From an uncultured Pseudomonadales bacterium (GTDB lineage Bacteria; Pseudomonadota; Gammaproteobacteria; Pseudomonadales; IMCC2047), in the NCBI GenBank assembly GCA_947258415.1, contig CAMYIF010000001.1, positions 1 to 59,483 on the forward strand: a DNA stretch of 59,483 bases, given 5' to 3'. Below, one piece after another: positions 47,468 to 58,744 of the stretch. Made by a program: the position numbers and the translations under genes. Below the pieces are notes generated by a model. That model was not told the origin of the DNA and did not search any database. It saw only the letters and a list, made by a program, of their open reading frames with translations. Numbering within the stretch: the first letter of the stretch is position 1; each line of letters begins with the position of its first letter.

Positions 47468-48355
47468 ATGCCTGTCAATGAGTTTCTGAAGCAATGCCAG
47501 AGTAGAGTAAACAGCGTGCTTGAGCAGCATTTACCCGGCCAAAACGGTGTGGCACCGCGTTTATTCAGGGCCATGCATTACAGTGTTTTCAACGGCGGCA
47601 AGCGAATAAGGCCGGTTCTTGTCTACGCCACCGCCCAGGCGTTAAACGCACCCTTTTCAAAATGCGACAATGCCGCCTGCGCAGTCGAACTCATTCATAC
47701 CTATTCATTAATTCACGATGATTTGCCGTCCATGGATGACGACGACCTGCGTCGAGGCAAGCCAACTTGCCATATAGCCTTTGATGAAGCCACCGCTATC
47801 CTTGCCGGTGATGCCCTGCAAGCACTCGCGTTCGAAATACTGGTTGACGATACCAGTCCGGGCATCCCTGAGAACAAACTGAAAATGATTGCTCAGCTTG
47901 CGCACGCCAGTGGTGCCCATGGGATGGTCGCCGGGCAGGCAATCGATCTGGCCAGTGTCGGCGCCCGTTTGACGCTGGACGAGTTAAAACAGATGCATCG
48001 ACATAAAACCGGCGCTCTGATCGCCGCCAGTGTCAACCTGGGCGCATTGGCGGCAGGAAATGCAAGCCAGCAACAAAGACGCGCATTACAAAAATATGCC
48101 GAATGTATTGGCCTTGCCTTTCAAATCAAGGACGATATCCTCGACGTTGAAGGCGACACGGCCACTCTGGGTAAACAGCAAGGCGCCGATGTTGCCAATG
48201 GTAAGCCAACATACACCTCGATCCTGGGCCTTGAGCAGGCCCGTAATAGCGCGCTTGAACAACACCAGCTGGCGATGGAAGCGCTTTCTTTGTTTGATAA
48301 AAACGCTGATCATCTACGTAACCTGTCGGCTTATATTATCGAGCGTAATAAATAA
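47468..48355 (+). CDS. ispA: farnesyl diphosphate synthase
   Basis: Start taken at ATG 47468 (MPVNEFLKQ). The first DDxxD motif is LIHDDLPSMDDDDLRRG and the second is FQIKDDILD. Confidence 0.93.
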   Translation: MPVNEFLKQCQSRVNSVLEQHLPGQNGVAPRLFRAMHYSVFNGGKRIRPVLVYATAQALNAPFSKCDNAACAVELIHTYSLIHDDLPSMDDDDLRRGKPTCHIAFDEATAILAGDALQALAFEILVDDTSPGIPENKLKMIAQLAHASGAHGMVAGQAIDLASVGARLTLDELKQMHRHKTGALIAASVNLGALAAGNASQQQRRALQKYAECIGLAFQIKDDILDVEGDTATLGKQQGADVANGKPTYTSILGLEQARNSALEQHQLAMEALSLFDKNADHLRNLSAYIIERNK

Positions 48356-48477
48356 AGTTACCTAAATTTTTCAGCCCGAAGATCATATTTGACGCAAAAA
48401 TATTAATGCCGATAGTTTTTCGGTGGCCGGTTGGTGTAAAATCGATCTTCTACTAACTGTTTGAACCCAGCAGATTC

Positions 48478-50391
48478 ATGTTTCATCAAATTCCTGTAAA
48501 CCGTCCAGACACACCGCTGCTAAACCGGATCGATTCGCCCAGCCAGCTTAAAAAAATTCCCGAAGAGAAATTGCCCGAACTGGCGAATGAATTGAGGGAG
48601 TACCTGTTGTACTCGGTAGGCCAGTCTGGCGGACATTTTGGCGCCGGCCTGGGCGTGGTGGAATTAACCGTTGCACTGCATTACCTTTACAACACCCCGA
48701 ATGACCGGCTGGTCTGGGATGTTGGCCACCAGGCCTACCCGCATAAAATTCTGACCGGGCGCCGGGAGCAAATAACAAGCATTCGCCAAAAAGGCGGCCT
48801 TGCCGCGTTCCCAAACCGGGAAGAAAGCGAATACGATTGCTTTGGCGTTGGCCATTCGAGTACGTCTATCAGTGCTGCCCTGGGTATGGCCCTGGCCTCG
48901 CGGCAACTGGATAAGACACGCCCTCGCAAGGTAGCCGCCATCATCGGTGATGGTGCTCTGACAGCGGGTATCGCGTTCGAGGCCCTGAATCACGCGGCTC
49001 ATACCAAGGCCGACATGCTGGTGATTTTAAACGACAACGACATGTCGATTTCGCGTAATGTCGGCGGCCTGTCAAACTACCTGGCGACTATCCTTTCGAG
49101 CAAGGTCTATCGAACCATGCGTGAAGGTGGTAAAAAAGTGCTGAGCACCATTCCCGCTGCGCTCGAAATCGCCAGGCGAACCGAGGAACACGTGAAAGGC
49201 ATGGTGGCGCCCGGCACACTATTCGAAGAACTGGGATTTAACTATATCGGCCCGATAGACGGTCATGACCTGTCTATGCTGGTACCGACGATACGGAACA
49301 TGATGGACCTTCCCGGGCCCCAGTTCCTGCATATTGTCACTCGTAAAGGAAAAGGGTTCAGCCCCGCCGAAGCCGAACCCATTGTTTATCATGCCATCAA
49401 TAAAATCGAGCCCAAACCGAAAATATCCCTGGCCTCAACGAAACCAAAAACACCCAGTTATTCAAACATCTTCGGCGACTGGTTATGCGATATGGCAGCA
49501 CGGAACGAACGCCTGTTCGGCATAACACCGGCAATGGAAGAAGGCTCGGATTTGAGTCGCTTTGCCAGGGAATACCCTGAAAGATACCATGATGTTGCCA
49601 TCGCCGAACAACATGCCGTAACCCTTGCAGCCGGGCTTGCCTGCGACGGCGCCAAACCGGTAGTGGCCATCTATTCCACATTCCTGCAACGGGCATACGA
49701 CCAGTTGATTCATGACGTAGCTATCCAGAATCTGGATGTATTATTCGCCATCGACCGTGCCGGACTGGTAGGCCAGGACGGACCGACCCACGCGGGTGCC
49801 TTCGATTTAACCTACCTGCGCTGCGTTCCCAATATGGTCGTCATGGCTCCGGCGGATGAAAATGAAGCGCGGCAATTACTCTATACGGGCTTCCAGCACA
49901 AAGGCCCGGCGGCGGTCCGTTACCCCCGCGGTTCCGGTCCCGGTGTTCTGGTAGAAAAGGAAATGACAGCTATTGCTCTGGGTACCGGTGAAATAAGGCG
50001 TCAGGGCTCCGATATCGCCATTCTTGCTTTTGGTTCCATGCTGGCCCCGTCAATGGAAGCAGCAGATCAACTCGATGCTACCGTTGCAAATATGCGCTTC
50101 GTTAAACCGTTAGACGAAAAGCTGATTCTCGAGCTGGCCGGCAGCCATGACATGATCGTCACGGTTGAAGAAAATGCCATCATGGGCGGAGCCGGTTCAG
50201 CGGTCAACGAAGTGCTGGCGGCCAATGAGATTTCGATTGCCACATTGAATCTTGGACTACCTGACAGGCATGTCCAGCATGCATCGCCACAAGAAATGCT
50301 GCAGGAGTGCGGTTTGGATACCCAAGGTATCCTCGAATCAATCAGTTCCCGTTTGCGGCATATCAACGAGGCTGCGCAAACTACTCGCTGA
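48478..50391 (+). CDS. dxs: 1-deoxy-D-xylulose-5-phosphate synthase
   Basis: 637 aa. It has the motif [18 protein letters not shown], the TPP motif GDGALTAG...NDN, and a transketolase-like C-terminus. Confidence 0.97.
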   Translation: MFHQIPVNRPDTPLLNRIDSPSQLKKIPEEKLPELANELREYLLYSVGQSGGHFGAGLGVVELTVALHYLYNTPNDRLVWDVGHQAYPHKILTGRREQITSIRQKGGLAAFPNREESEYDCFGVGHSSTSISAALGMALASRQLDKTRPRKVAAIIGDGALTAGIAFEALNHAAHTKADMLVILNDNDMSISRNVGGLSNYLATILSSKVYRTMREGGKKVLSTIPAALEIARRTEEHVKGMVAPGTLFEELGFNYIGPIDGHDLSMLVPTIRNMMDLPGPQFLHIVTRKGKGFSPAEAEPIVYHAINKIEPKPKISLASTKPKTPSYSNIFGDWLCDMAARNERLFGITPAMEEGSDLSRFAREYPERYHDVAIAEQHAVTLAAGLACDGAKPVVAIYSTFLQRAYDQLIHDVAIQNLDVLFAIDRAGLVGQDGPTHAGAFDLTYLRCVPNMVVMAPADENEARQLLYTGFQHKGPAAVRYPRGSGPGVLVEKEMTAIALGTGEIRRQGSDIAILAFGSMLAPSMEAADQLDATVANMRFVKPLDEKLILELAGSHDMIVTVEENAIMGGAGSAVNEVLAANEISIATLNLGLPDRHVQHASPQEMLQECGLDTQGILESISSRLRHINEAAQTTR

Positions 50392-50507
50392 AAAAATCCT
50401 GTATCACTTCATGCCATCATTACCACTGCACTGTATTAGGGTAATAAATCTGGCTCACATTAAACAGGCATTATGGACAGGAGCAGACTCAACCTGCTCT
50501 TCAGGCG

Positions 50508-51149
50508 TTACTTTTTATCCGGGCTTTGTGAAGCAACACTGTGCGGCTCGAAAAGATGGCCCAGTTTGCCTGCCTTGGTTTGCAGATATTTTTCGTTATG
50601 CGGGTTCTTACCCGCTTCAAGGGGAATTCGTTCGACGACTTCGATGCCGGAATCTTCAAGTGCTTTCACCTTGACCGGGTTATTGGTCATCAATAGCATT
50701 TTTTTTACATTCAGGTGTTCCAGCATCGTTTTGCATATGCTGTAATCGCGCATATCCGCGCCAAAGCCGAGTTGTTCATTGGCTTCAACCGTATCCGCTC
50801 CCTCGTCCTGGAGCTGATAGGCTTTAATTTTGTTGGCCAGGCCGATACCCCTGCCTTCCTGTCGCAAATAGAGAACCACGCCCCGGCCCGTTTTGGCGAT
50901 TCTGTTCATGGCCTCCTCGAGCTGGTACCCGCAATCACAGCGCAAACTGAATAGCGCGTCGCCCGTCAGGCATTCCGAGTGAATACGGCCCAGTACGGGT
51001 TTGCCATTACCAATATCGCCCAGGGAAATTGCAACATGCTCCTTGCCGGTTTCGGTATCTTCGAAACCGTGAATGGTGAAAACCGCCTGCTTTGTTGGCA
51101 GTTGAGACGATGCAATGTAACGAAGGGTCACTAAAAAACCTCGAAGCAA
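50508..51149 (-). CDS. ribA: GTP cyclohydrolase II (monofunctional)
   Basis: The zinc site is [18 protein letters not shown], and RQEGRGIGL is present. The start is uncertain, either TTG 51149 or GTG 51131. Confidence 0.9.
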   Translation of the reverse strand: MLRGFLVTLRYIASSQLPTKQAVFTIHGFEDTETGKEHVAISLGDIGNGKPVLGRIHSECLTGDALFSLRCDCGYQLEEAMNRIAKTGRGVVLYLRQEGRGIGLANKIKAYQLQDEGADTVEANEQLGFGADMRDYSICKTMLEHLNVKKMLLMTNNPVKVKALEDSGIEVVERIPLEAGKNPHNEKYLQTKAGKLGHLFEPHSVASQSPDKK

Positions 51150-51235
51150 CAGAATATTAATAAAGGGCGTGAATTCTAGCAGTATCCGCGTGTGAAAAGC
51201 GAGTCTTGCCGTTGAAACCCGCGTCCTTCAAATAC

Positions 51236-51889
51236 CTAGTATTTTTTTATTAATGTCATTACGCCGTCGTCTTCCTGGATTTTTACCTGGTTCAGGTAGG
51301 TCATGCCCAATAGTATATGTGATGGATAAATGCCTTCAAGAACCACCGCTTGCACCTTTTTTGCCTCTATCTCACCGACACTGATCGAATCCAGAATGAC
51401 AGAATAGGATTTGACCAGCCCGCCGGCAGTACTGACGCGTCCGGGCTGACCGCGGGTAAAATCGATGCCCAGGTTGCGCGCCTGGCGTGTATTCAGGGCC
51501 ACCGCCGTAGCCCCGGTATCAATCAACAACCTGACTGGTTGGTTATTAATGCTGCCAGCTGCAAAATACTGGCCGGCAGCGTTGATCACAATGGACGTTT
51601 TAACTTCCTGTTGCTTCTGATAACCCCCGCTGCGTGGCGCACTGGAAATGGACAGGGTATGCCGTTCGCCATTTATTATTAAGGTAGCAGTTTTGCTGTC
51701 TGCCGAGACCAGGCTCACACCATCAATCACCTGCCCCTTTTTAAGTAATTTTTGCTTGCCCTTGATATTGACCAATGCGGCGTTCTTGAACAAGGCTTCT
51801 ACCCGAATTTCCCGCACATCAACTGCATAAACGGTCGAGGCGACCAGGGAAACTGTCAATAACACAAGACGCAAGTCAATTTTTAGCAT
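51236..51889 (-). CDS. retropepsin-like (clan AA) aspartic protease with N-terminal signal/anchor
   Basis: 217 aa. The catalytic motif is LLIDTGATAVAL, followed downstream by ILLGMTYL. This resembles the TIGR02281-type family as I recall it. Confidence 0.72.
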   Translation of the reverse strand: MLKIDLRLVLLTVSLVASTVYAVDVREIRVEALFKNAALVNIKGKQKLLKKGQVIDGVSLVSADSKTATLIINGERHTLSISSAPRSGGYQKQQEVKTSIVINAAGQYFAAGSINNQPVRLLIDTGATAVALNTRQARNLGIDFTRGQPGRVSTAGGLVKSYSVILDSISVGEIEAKKVQAVVLEGIYPSHILLGMTYLNQVKIQEDDGVMTLIKKY

Positions 51890-51981
51890 CTGTCATTCCC
51901 GGTATCGGCTTTCCTGATAACGAGTATAAAAAGACCAGGTTGCATGGATTCGACTGCATACTGCCCGTGCATAAAACCTAA

Positions 51982-52467
51982 CTAGACCAGGTAAACAATA
52001 AACTGCAGGCAAATTGCCGCAAAAATGCCTGCGACCACATCATCAATCATGATCCCAAGCCCCCCGGAAACACGCTTGTCCAAAACAGTAATTGGCCAGG
52101 GTTTTATGACATCGAAAAAACGGAACAGGATAAAACCGGCTAGCACCCATAGCCAGCCCTTTGGCGCGGCAAACATGGTTATCCAGAAGCCCACGAACTC
52201 ATCCCAGACGATGCCGGAATGATCATGAACACCCAGGTCATCGGCGGTTTTGCCACAGATCGGAATACCGATAATAAAACCCACCAGGATCACCAGGAAG
52301 TAGCTTAACAGGGGTAAATCCTGGATTAACAAAAACAGGGGAATACTTGCCAGGGTACCGAAGGTACCGGGAGCAACAGGTGCTGCGCCACTTCCGAAGC
52401 CGAAAGCAATAAAATGCAGCGGGTTTCGCCAGACACTTGAGGGAGTTTTTCTTTTAGTATCATTCAT
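51982..52467 (-). CDS. pgpA: phosphatidylglycerophosphatase A
   Basis: 161 aa. FGFGSGAAPVAPGTFGTL and DDVVAGI are present. Confidence 0.9.
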   Translation of the reverse strand: MNDTKRKTPSSVWRNPLHFIAFGFGSGAAPVAPGTFGTLASIPLFLLIQDLPLLSYFLVILVGFIIGIPICGKTADDLGVHDHSGIVWDEFVGFWITMFAAPKGWLWVLAGFILFRFFDVIKPWPITVLDKRVSGGLGIMIDDVVAGIFAAICLQFIVYLV

Positions 52468-52498
52468 TGCAGTGTTCGCCCTGATTATAAAAAATATC

Positions 52499-53461
52499 TC
52501 AAAAGTGTTGATATCCTTTTCGATCCACGCTCACCGGTTGCCTGTCTGCATCCAGCAAGACCAGGTTTTCACCGCTGCATATACGGCCGATGCAGGTAAT
52601 GGCAAGATCATGGTCCCGGGCCAGTGCCTCTATGGTATCAGTCAGATTGCCGGGAGCACAAAAACATAATTCATAATCATCGCCAGCGCTTAAGGCCAAT
52701 GCCTGCGCGCGTGCCTCGCCCAATAATTCCGCCACCCTGGCAGAGCAGGGTATTTGCTCTAGCAATACTTCGGCACCGACCCGGCTTTGTTCCAGGATAT
52801 GCTGCAGGTCAGCGAGCAGGCCATCGGAAATATCGATGGCTGCAGAAGCAATTCCCGTTAATGCCTTACCCAGTGCAAGCCTGGACGGCGGCCGGTAAAA
52901 ATGCTCATAAAGCTGTTTATCCTGCCGCTTTTGCTGCTGTCCGGTTAACTCCAGCCAGGCACCGGCCATGCCCAGGAACCCGGTCACATAAATATTATCA
53001 CCGACATTGGCACCGTTGCGGCGCAATGCCTGGCCGACAGGCACATAACCGAGAACTTGCAGGGTAATGGCAAGTGGCCCGCGAGTGGTATCGCCGCCGA
53101 CCAGCGCAAGACCATGCTGTTTTGCCGAATCAAACAATCCCTTGCTGAAAAATGCAAGCCAGTCGGGGTTGGGTTCAGGCAATGTCAGCGCCAGGGTAAA
53201 CCAGCCCGGGCTGGCACCCATGGCAGCCAAATCGCTGACATTAACCGCCAATGCACGGCAAGCTATGTCATAAGGATTGGCCGAAGCAGGAAAATGGACA
53301 TCGGCGACCAGCGTATCTACCGACACTACCAGCTCACAATCCGGCCGAGGCTTTATGATTGCGCAATCGTCGCCAATGCCCTGGACAACATCATTATTAA
53401 CCGAAGTTTGCCCGGGTTCGGTAAAATATTGTTTGATTAGTTCAAATTCAGAGAGCGCCAT
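52499..53461 (-). CDS. thiL: thiamine-monophosphate kinase
   Basis: 320 aa. SEFELIKQYF and GIGDDCAII mark the AIR-synthase-related fold. Confidence 0.92.
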   Translation of the reverse strand: MALSEFELIKQYFTEPGQTSVNNDVVQGIGDDCAIIKPRPDCELVVSVDTLVADVHFPASANPYDIACRALAVNVSDLAAMGASPGWFTLALTLPEPNPDWLAFFSKGLFDSAKQHGLALVGGDTTRGPLAITLQVLGYVPVGQALRRNGANVGDNIYVTGFLGMAGAWLELTGQQQKRQDKQLYEHFYRPPSRLALGKALTGIASAAIDISDGLLADLQHILEQSRVGAEVLLEQIPCSARVAELLGEARAQALALSAGDDYELCFCAPGNLTDTIEALARDHDLAITCIGRICSGENLVLLDADRQPVSVDRKGYQHF

Positions 53462-53489
53462 AATCAGGGTATTTACACACTAATTGCGC

Positions 53490-53945
53490 TCAACATTTGT
53501 CTGCCTTGTCTTGCTGAACACGCCGCGCCAGGCCATCGAGAATGCCGTTGACATATTTATGGCCATCGGTTGCACCAAAGGTTTTTGCCAGGTCAACGCC
53601 CTCGTTAATGACGACCTTGAAGGGGACGTCCTGGCGTTCGAGCAACTCGTACGCGCCCATCCTCAATATGGCTAACTCGATCCTCGATAATTCATCGAGT
53701 GGCCGATCGAGCAAGGGAGAAATGGCTTCATCCAGGCGGCTGACTTGACCGGGCACCTGGTGCAGTAATTCACAAAAATAATCGACATCCACGGATTTCA
53801 TATCGTTATCTTCACGAAACTGTTTTTCTATATCATTTATTGAGGCGCCTGCCAGTTGCCATTGGTAAAGCGCCTGAACAGCCAGTTTGCGGGCGCGGCG
53901 GCGCGCCGAAGGACTCATTTTTTTGGTACCACGAGTTGACGCCAT
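53490..53945 (-). CDS. nusB: transcription antitermination factor NusB
   Basis: 151 aa. [18 protein letters not shown] is present. Confidence 0.95.
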   Translation of the reverse strand: MASTRGTKKMSPSARRRARKLAVQALYQWQLAGASINDIEKQFREDNDMKSVDVDYFCELLHQVPGQVSRLDEAISPLLDRPLDELSRIELAILRMGAYELLERQDVPFKVVINEGVDLAKTFGATDGHKYVNGILDGLARRVQQDKADKC

Positions 53946-53950
53946 GGGAA

Positions 53951-54421
53951 TCAGGTATCCAGATTGCGCAGCAGGCTGACCATTTCCAGCGCCGACAATG
54001 CTGCTTCGACTCCCTTGTTACCTGCTTTCGTACCCGAACGCTCGATGGCCTGTTCGATGCTGTCGACCGTAAGCACACCGAAGGCAACCGGGATGCCAGC
54101 GCTCAGGGCGACCTGCCCCAGGCCCTTGGTGCATTCTCCGGCGACATATTCGAAGTGGGGTGTACCGCCCCGAATTACCGCACCCAGGGCTATGACCGCA
54201 TCATACTCATTCGAACCGGCTGCTTTTTGAACAGCCAAAGGTATTTCGAAAGCGCCCGGCACACGAATTATGGTCAGGTTATTCTCTGATACCCCGTGGC
54301 GTTTAAGCGCATCAACCGCGCCCTGCACCAGGCTGTCTACAACAAAACTGTTGAAACGGCCGACAACCAGTGCGAAGCGCGCGGTGTTTGCGGAAAAATC
54401 GCCTTCTATTGTTTTTATCAT
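53951..54421 (-). CDS. ribH: 6,7-dimethyl-8-ribityllumazine synthase
   Basis: 156 aa. [10 protein letters not shown] and VPGAFEIP are present. Confidence 0.95.
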   Translation of the reverse strand: MIKTIEGDFSANTARFALVVGRFNSFVVDSLVQGAVDALKRHGVSENNLTIIRVPGAFEIPLAVQKAAGSNEYDAVIALGAVIRGGTPHFEYVAGECTKGLGQVALSAGIPVAFGVLTVDSIEQAIERSGTKAGNKGVEAALSALEMVSLLRNLDT

Positions 54422-54474
54422 TTCATTCGATCCCGGTTGGTATGATTGTTTTTGCCCAGGTCAGCCAGCGGCTA

Positions 54475-55134
54475 TCAGGCAAAACCATTTTCTCGTAACA
54501 TTGACAGACTAACACTAGATGTGTCTTTCGAATCTGCCGCTTTTTCACCCAGTAATAATCGTTCCAGGTAGCGGGCAATAAGGTCGACTTCCAGGTTGAC
54601 CAGGGTACCCGGCCGGTAACCACCGACTATAGTTTCCTTGACAGTGTGCGGAACGACATTAATATCAAAAACCGCTGCATTGACTTCATTGACCGTGAGG
54701 CTGGTGCCATCGACGCAGATCGATCCTTTTTTGGCAATATACCTGGCCAGCGATCCCGGCGCCTCGATGATATAGCGGGTTGACCGCGCCTCGTCGTGAC
54801 GCTTGAGCACCTTGCCAATTGCATCGACGTGACCACTGACCAGATGCCCTCCCAGTCGCGTCGTCGGGGTCAATGCTTTCTCCAGGTTAACCCTGGTACC
54901 GACCGAAACAGACTGGAAACAGGTATGGCTGATTGTTTCGCAGGAAACATCCGCCCAAAAGCCTTCACCAGACAATTTTATAGCGGTCAAACAGACGCCG
55001 TTTACCGCGATACTGTCGCCCGGTTTCACGTCAACGAGATCGAGTTTGCCGGTTTTAACATGAACGCGTGCGTCCCCACCCCGGGGTTCTATCACGCTGA
55101 TTTCGCCTACAGCTTCGATAATGCCTGTAAACAT
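54475..55134 (-). CDS. ribE: riboflavin synthase (alpha chain)
   Basis: 219 aa. It starts MFTGIIE and carries the duplicated motifs GDSIAVNGVCLT / GSICVDGTSLTV. Confidence 0.95.
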   Translation of the reverse strand: MFTGIIEAVGEISVIEPRGGDARVHVKTGKLDLVDVKPGDSIAVNGVCLTAIKLSGEGFWADVSCETISHTCFQSVSVGTRVNLEKALTPTTRLGGHLVSGHVDAIGKVLKRHDEARSTRYIIEAPGSLARYIAKKGSICVDGTSLTVNEVNAAVFDINVVPHTVKETIVGGYRPGTLVNLEVDLIARYLERLLLGEKAADSKDTSSVSLSMLRENGFA

Positions 55135-55224
55135 GGCTTACTCCAAAAACATGATTCGTCTGTGTTGATTACCAACCCTGGTTTAGTCAAAAAAACCGGT
55201 TTTTAACTCCGGACTCTCCCTGGG

Positions 55225-56352
55225 CTACGGGGAACAGACTATAGCATTAATACGCAAATCCTCGCCAACAACACGCGTACCTGTAATCGATAAATTAACC
55301 CGGTCCGCCATCTTTTCAATACCCGGCAGCTTGAATAAAGGCCTGGCCGTATGACCCAGTAATTTTGGCGCCATGTAGATGACCAGTTCATCAACCAGGC
55401 CCGCCTGCAAAAATGCCCCGGAAAGGGTTGCCCCGGCTTCAACCAGGACCTCGTTACAACCCCGGTCTGCAAGCCGTTTAAGTAATGCCAGCAGATCGAC
55501 CGCTTGTCCCGGTTGGCCTGCTATCAGCGTGCTGGCACCTGCCGCATCCAGCCGTCGCCGGTTTTCATTATCCCTGGTACCGGCGATAATAATGTCTCCC
55601 GGCAGGGAAAACATCCTGGATTGCGGGTCAATGTCAAATTTCGAGGCCAATATAACACGCAAAACAGGCGCCGGGGGGGCACCAATCGGGGAATCCGCAA
55701 CCAGTGATTCATCCCTTACATTCAGCGACGGGTTATCGTGCAACACCGTGCCACTCCCGGTAATGATGGCCGAGCTGCGCGCCCGATAGCGCTGCACGTC
55801 TTTCCTGGCCGCCGGCCCGGTTATCCATTGGCTTTCACCGGATGCCATGGCCGTTCGACCATCGACACTCATTGCCAGCTTGCTACGAACATAGGGCAAG
55901 CCCGACTCCATGCGCTTGATAAAACCGGGGTTCAGCGTCCGCGCCTCTTGTTCAAGGACGCCACTGACTACCTCGACACCGGCATCGGCGAGGCGTTTAA
56001 AACCGGTACCCGATACCAGCGGGTTGGGATCCTTCATCGCCGCCACTACACGGGTTACACCCGCTGCAATCAACTGCTCGCAGCAAGGCGGCGTTTGCCC
56101 GAAATGGTTACAGGGTTCCAGTGTGATATAGGCCGTCGCACCCCTGGCCCCGTCACCGGTAGCCAAGGCATTCAACGCATCGATTTCTGCATGGGCCGCA
56201 CCCGCCTTTTTGTGCCAGCCCTGAGCGATAATCCGGTCTTTTTTTACCAACACACAGCCAACACGAGGATTAGGATGGGTGCTGTATATTCCCCTTTCAG
56301 CCAGCTGTATTGCCCTGGCCATAAAATATTCGTGCGTGGCTGGCGCCGCCAT
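55225..56352 (-). CDS. ribD: bifunctional diaminohydroxyphosphoribosylaminopyrimidine deaminase / 5-amino-6-(5-phosphoribosylamino)uracil reductase
   Basis: 375 aa. The deaminase zinc motifs are HAEIDAL and LEPCNHFGQTPPC. The C-terminus is the reductase domain. Confidence 0.95.
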   Translation of the reverse strand: MAAPATHEYFMARAIQLAERGIYSTHPNPRVGCVLVKKDRIIAQGWHKKAGAAHAEIDALNALATGDGARGATAYITLEPCNHFGQTPPCCEQLIAAGVTRVVAAMKDPNPLVSGTGFKRLADAGVEVVSGVLEQEARTLNPGFIKRMESGLPYVRSKLAMSVDGRTAMASGESQWITGPAARKDVQRYRARSSAIITGSGTVLHDNPSLNVRDESLVADSPIGAPPAPVLRVILASKFDIDPQSRMFSLPGDIIIAGTRDNENRRRLDAAGASTLIAGQPGQAVDLLALLKRLADRGCNEVLVEAGATLSGAFLQAGLVDELVIYMAPKLLGHTARPLFKLPGIEKMADRVNLSITGTRVVGEDLRINAIVCSP

Positions 56353-56379
56353 TTTAATAACGGGCCTTCACTTTCTTTT

Positions 56380-56838
56380 TCATTTGCTTTTACCGGATAA
56401 CCGATCGATCTCTTCACGAAATTGATCAATATCCTGAAAATGCCTGTACACGGAGGCATAACGAATATAGGCCACTTCGTCCAGCTCTTTAAGTGCCTCC
56501 ATGACCATTTCACCCACCAGCAGCGACTTGATCTCTCGCTCACCCAGCGAGCGCAGGGCGTGCTTGATCTGGCTGACCGCGGTCTCGATCTGCTCAATGC
56601 TTACCGGGCGTTTTTCCAGAGCGCGTAACATGCCATTGCGCATCTTTTCCTCGTCAAAAGGAACGCGACTGCCATCTCGTTTAACCAGGCGGGGCAACCA
56701 GAGTTCTGCCGTTTCAAAGGTAGTGTAACGTTCGCCACAGGTAACACACTCGCGACGCCGCCTGACTTGCTCGCCCTCGGCAACCAGACGTGAATCGATG
56801 ACCTTGGTATCTTCAGCTCGGCAAAATGGGCAATGCAT
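56380..56838 (-). CDS. nrdR: transcriptional repressor NrdR
   Basis: The ORF track extends to 56916. NrdR proteins begin MHCPFC, so ATG 56838 is preferred. The zinc ribbon is CPFC...CVTC, followed by an ATP-cone. Confidence 0.95.
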   Translation of the reverse strand: MHCPFCRAEDTKVIDSRLVAEGEQVRRRRECVTCGERYTTFETAELWLPRLVKRDGSRVPFDEEKMRNGMLRALEKRPVSIEQIETAVSQIKHALRSLGEREIKSLLVGEMVMEALKELDEVAYIRYASVYRHFQDIDQFREEIDRLSGKSK

Positions 56839-57058
56839 ATGAATATCGCCTGGTAGCAAAATTATAATTGTAGCGCAGCCCGGCCATTTTCGACAAAAAT
56901 ATACAGGCTCAGGCATTTTTCAATTATCGCCCGAATCCGGCACGGGAATAAAGTCTTACTGGTCTGCTATAACCTGTGATGCGCATTGTTTTCACCAAAT
57001 TTTTACATTACCCTAGGCGGCTAATTTTCCAATGGTTTTTATCCCGGGTATTGATTGC

Positions 57059-58717
57059 ATGGCGCAGTACGCATATACACTAAATCGTTTGTCCAAAATT
57101 GTTCCACCCAAACGCGAAATTCTTAAAAACATATCCCTTTCTTTTTTCCCTGGCGCAAAAATCGGCGTCCTGGGACTGAATGGTTCGGGAAAATCCAGCC
57201 TGTTACGCATTATGGCAGGGGTCGACAAGGAGTTTGACGGGGAAGCACGGCCCTCCTCGGAACTGACCGTTGGCTACCTGCCGCAGGAACCGCAGCTCGA
57301 TGAAAATAAAGACGTGCGCGGAAACATAGAGGAAGCCATAAAGCCGGCCCTCGACGCCCTGGCAGAACTGGACAAGGTTTATGCCGCTTACGCCGAACCC
57401 GATGCCGACTTTGACCAATTGGCCAAGGAGCAGGCCAGGCTCGAGGATATTATTCAGGTACACGATGCGCACAATATCGAACACAAGCTGGAAATAGCAG
57501 CCGATTCCCTGCGCCTGCCACCCTGGAATGCCGACGTCAGCAAACTATCGGGTGGGGAGCGTCGTCGGGTTGCCCTGTGTCGTTTACTCTTATCCAACCC
57601 GGATATGCTGTTACTCGACGAACCCACCAACCACCTGGACGCCGAAAGCGTGGCCTGGCTTGAACGTTTCCTGCACGAATTCCCCGGTACAGTCGTCGCC
57701 ATTACCCATGATCGCTATTTCCTCGATAATGCTGCCGGCTGGATCCTGGAACTCGATCGTGGCCGCGGGATACCCTACGAGGGCAATTACACCAACTGGC
57801 TGGAACAGAAGGAACAGCGACTGGAAACCGAGGAAAAACAGGAAGCCGCTCACGAAAAAACAATCTCGGCAGAACTCGAGTGGGTTCGCTCCAATGCCAA
57901 GGGAAGGCAGGCCAAAAGCAAGGCCCGGCTGGCCCGATTCGATGAACTGAATTCACAGGATTTTCAGCGCCGCAGTGAAACTCAGGAAATTTATATCCCG
58001 CCCGGCCCTCGCCTTGGCGACCAGGTCATCGAGGTTAAAAACATCAGCAAGGGCTTTGGCGATAAACTGCTGATTGATAACCTGAGTTTCAATGTTCCGC
58101 CCGGCAGTATCGTCGGTGTTATTGGTGGCAACGGGGCCGGTAAATCGACCCTGTTTAAAATGCTCGCCGGAACAGAGACTCCCGATTCGGGTTCCATTCG
58201 TATCGGCGAAACGGTTAACCTTGCCTACGTAGACCAGATGCGCACGCTCGAAGGCGATAAAACCGTATGGGAAGAAATATCCGATGGCCAGGATATCCTG
58301 CAAATCGGCAACTACCAGATACCGTCACGCGCGTACGTGGGGCGTTTTAACTTTAAGGGCGGTGACCAGCAAAAGTTCGTCAAGAATCTGTCCGGTGGCG
58401 AGCGCAACCGCTTGCATTTGGCCAAACTGTTGAAACAGGGTGCCAATGTATTGTTGCTGGATGAGCCAACCAACGACCTGGATGTCGAAACCCTGCGCGC
58501 ACTCGAGGAAGCCCTGCTGGCTTTTCCGGGTTGCGTCATCGTTATTTCGCACGACCGCTGGTTCCTCGACCGTATTTCGACCCATATCCTGGCGTTTGAA
58601 GGCAACAGCGAAGCGGTTTTCTTCGAGGGAAACTACAGCGAATACGAGGTCGATCACAAGAAACGTACCGGTACCAGCGAGCAACCAACGCGGATGAAAT
58701 ACAAGCGCCTGGCCTGA
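57059..58717 (+). CDS. ettA: energy-dependent translational throttle protein EttA (ABC-F)
   Basis: Start taken at ATG 57059 (MAQYAYTLNRLSKIVPPKR). There are two ABC cassettes (GLNGSGKSS/LSGGERRR and GGNGAGKST/LSGGERNR) and no TM domain. Confidence 0.95.
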   Translation: MAQYAYTLNRLSKIVPPKREILKNISLSFFPGAKIGVLGLNGSGKSSLLRIMAGVDKEFDGEARPSSELTVGYLPQEPQLDENKDVRGNIEEAIKPALDALAELDKVYAAYAEPDADFDQLAKEQARLEDIIQVHDAHNIEHKLEIAADSLRLPPWNADVSKLSGGERRRVALCRLLLSNPDMLLLDEPTNHLDAESVAWLERFLHEFPGTVVAITHDRYFLDNAAGWILELDRGRGIPYEGNYTNWLEQKEQRLETEEKQEAAHEKTISAELEWVRSNAKGRQAKSKARLARFDELNSQDFQRRSETQEIYIPPGPRLGDQVIEVKNISKGFGDKLLIDNLSFNVPPGSIVGVIGGNGAGKSTLFKMLAGTETPDSGSIRIGETVNLAYVDQMRTLEGDKTVWEEISDGQDILQIGNYQIPSRAYVGRFNFKGGDQQKFVKNLSGGERNRLHLAKLLKQGANVLLLDEPTNDLDVETLRALEEALLAFPGCVIVISHDRWFLDRISTHILAFEGNSEAVFFEGNYSEYEVDHKKRTGTSEQPTRMKYKRLA

Positions 58718-58744
58718 ATTGATCTGGCTCTGAGCCGGGAAAAA

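Noticed and set aside
51150-51235. Possible FMN riboswitch upstream of ribA or within the rib operon.
   Set aside because: The available spacers, 86 nt here and 53 nt at 54422-54474, are too short for the ~140-nt RFN element. I also see none of its conserved stems.
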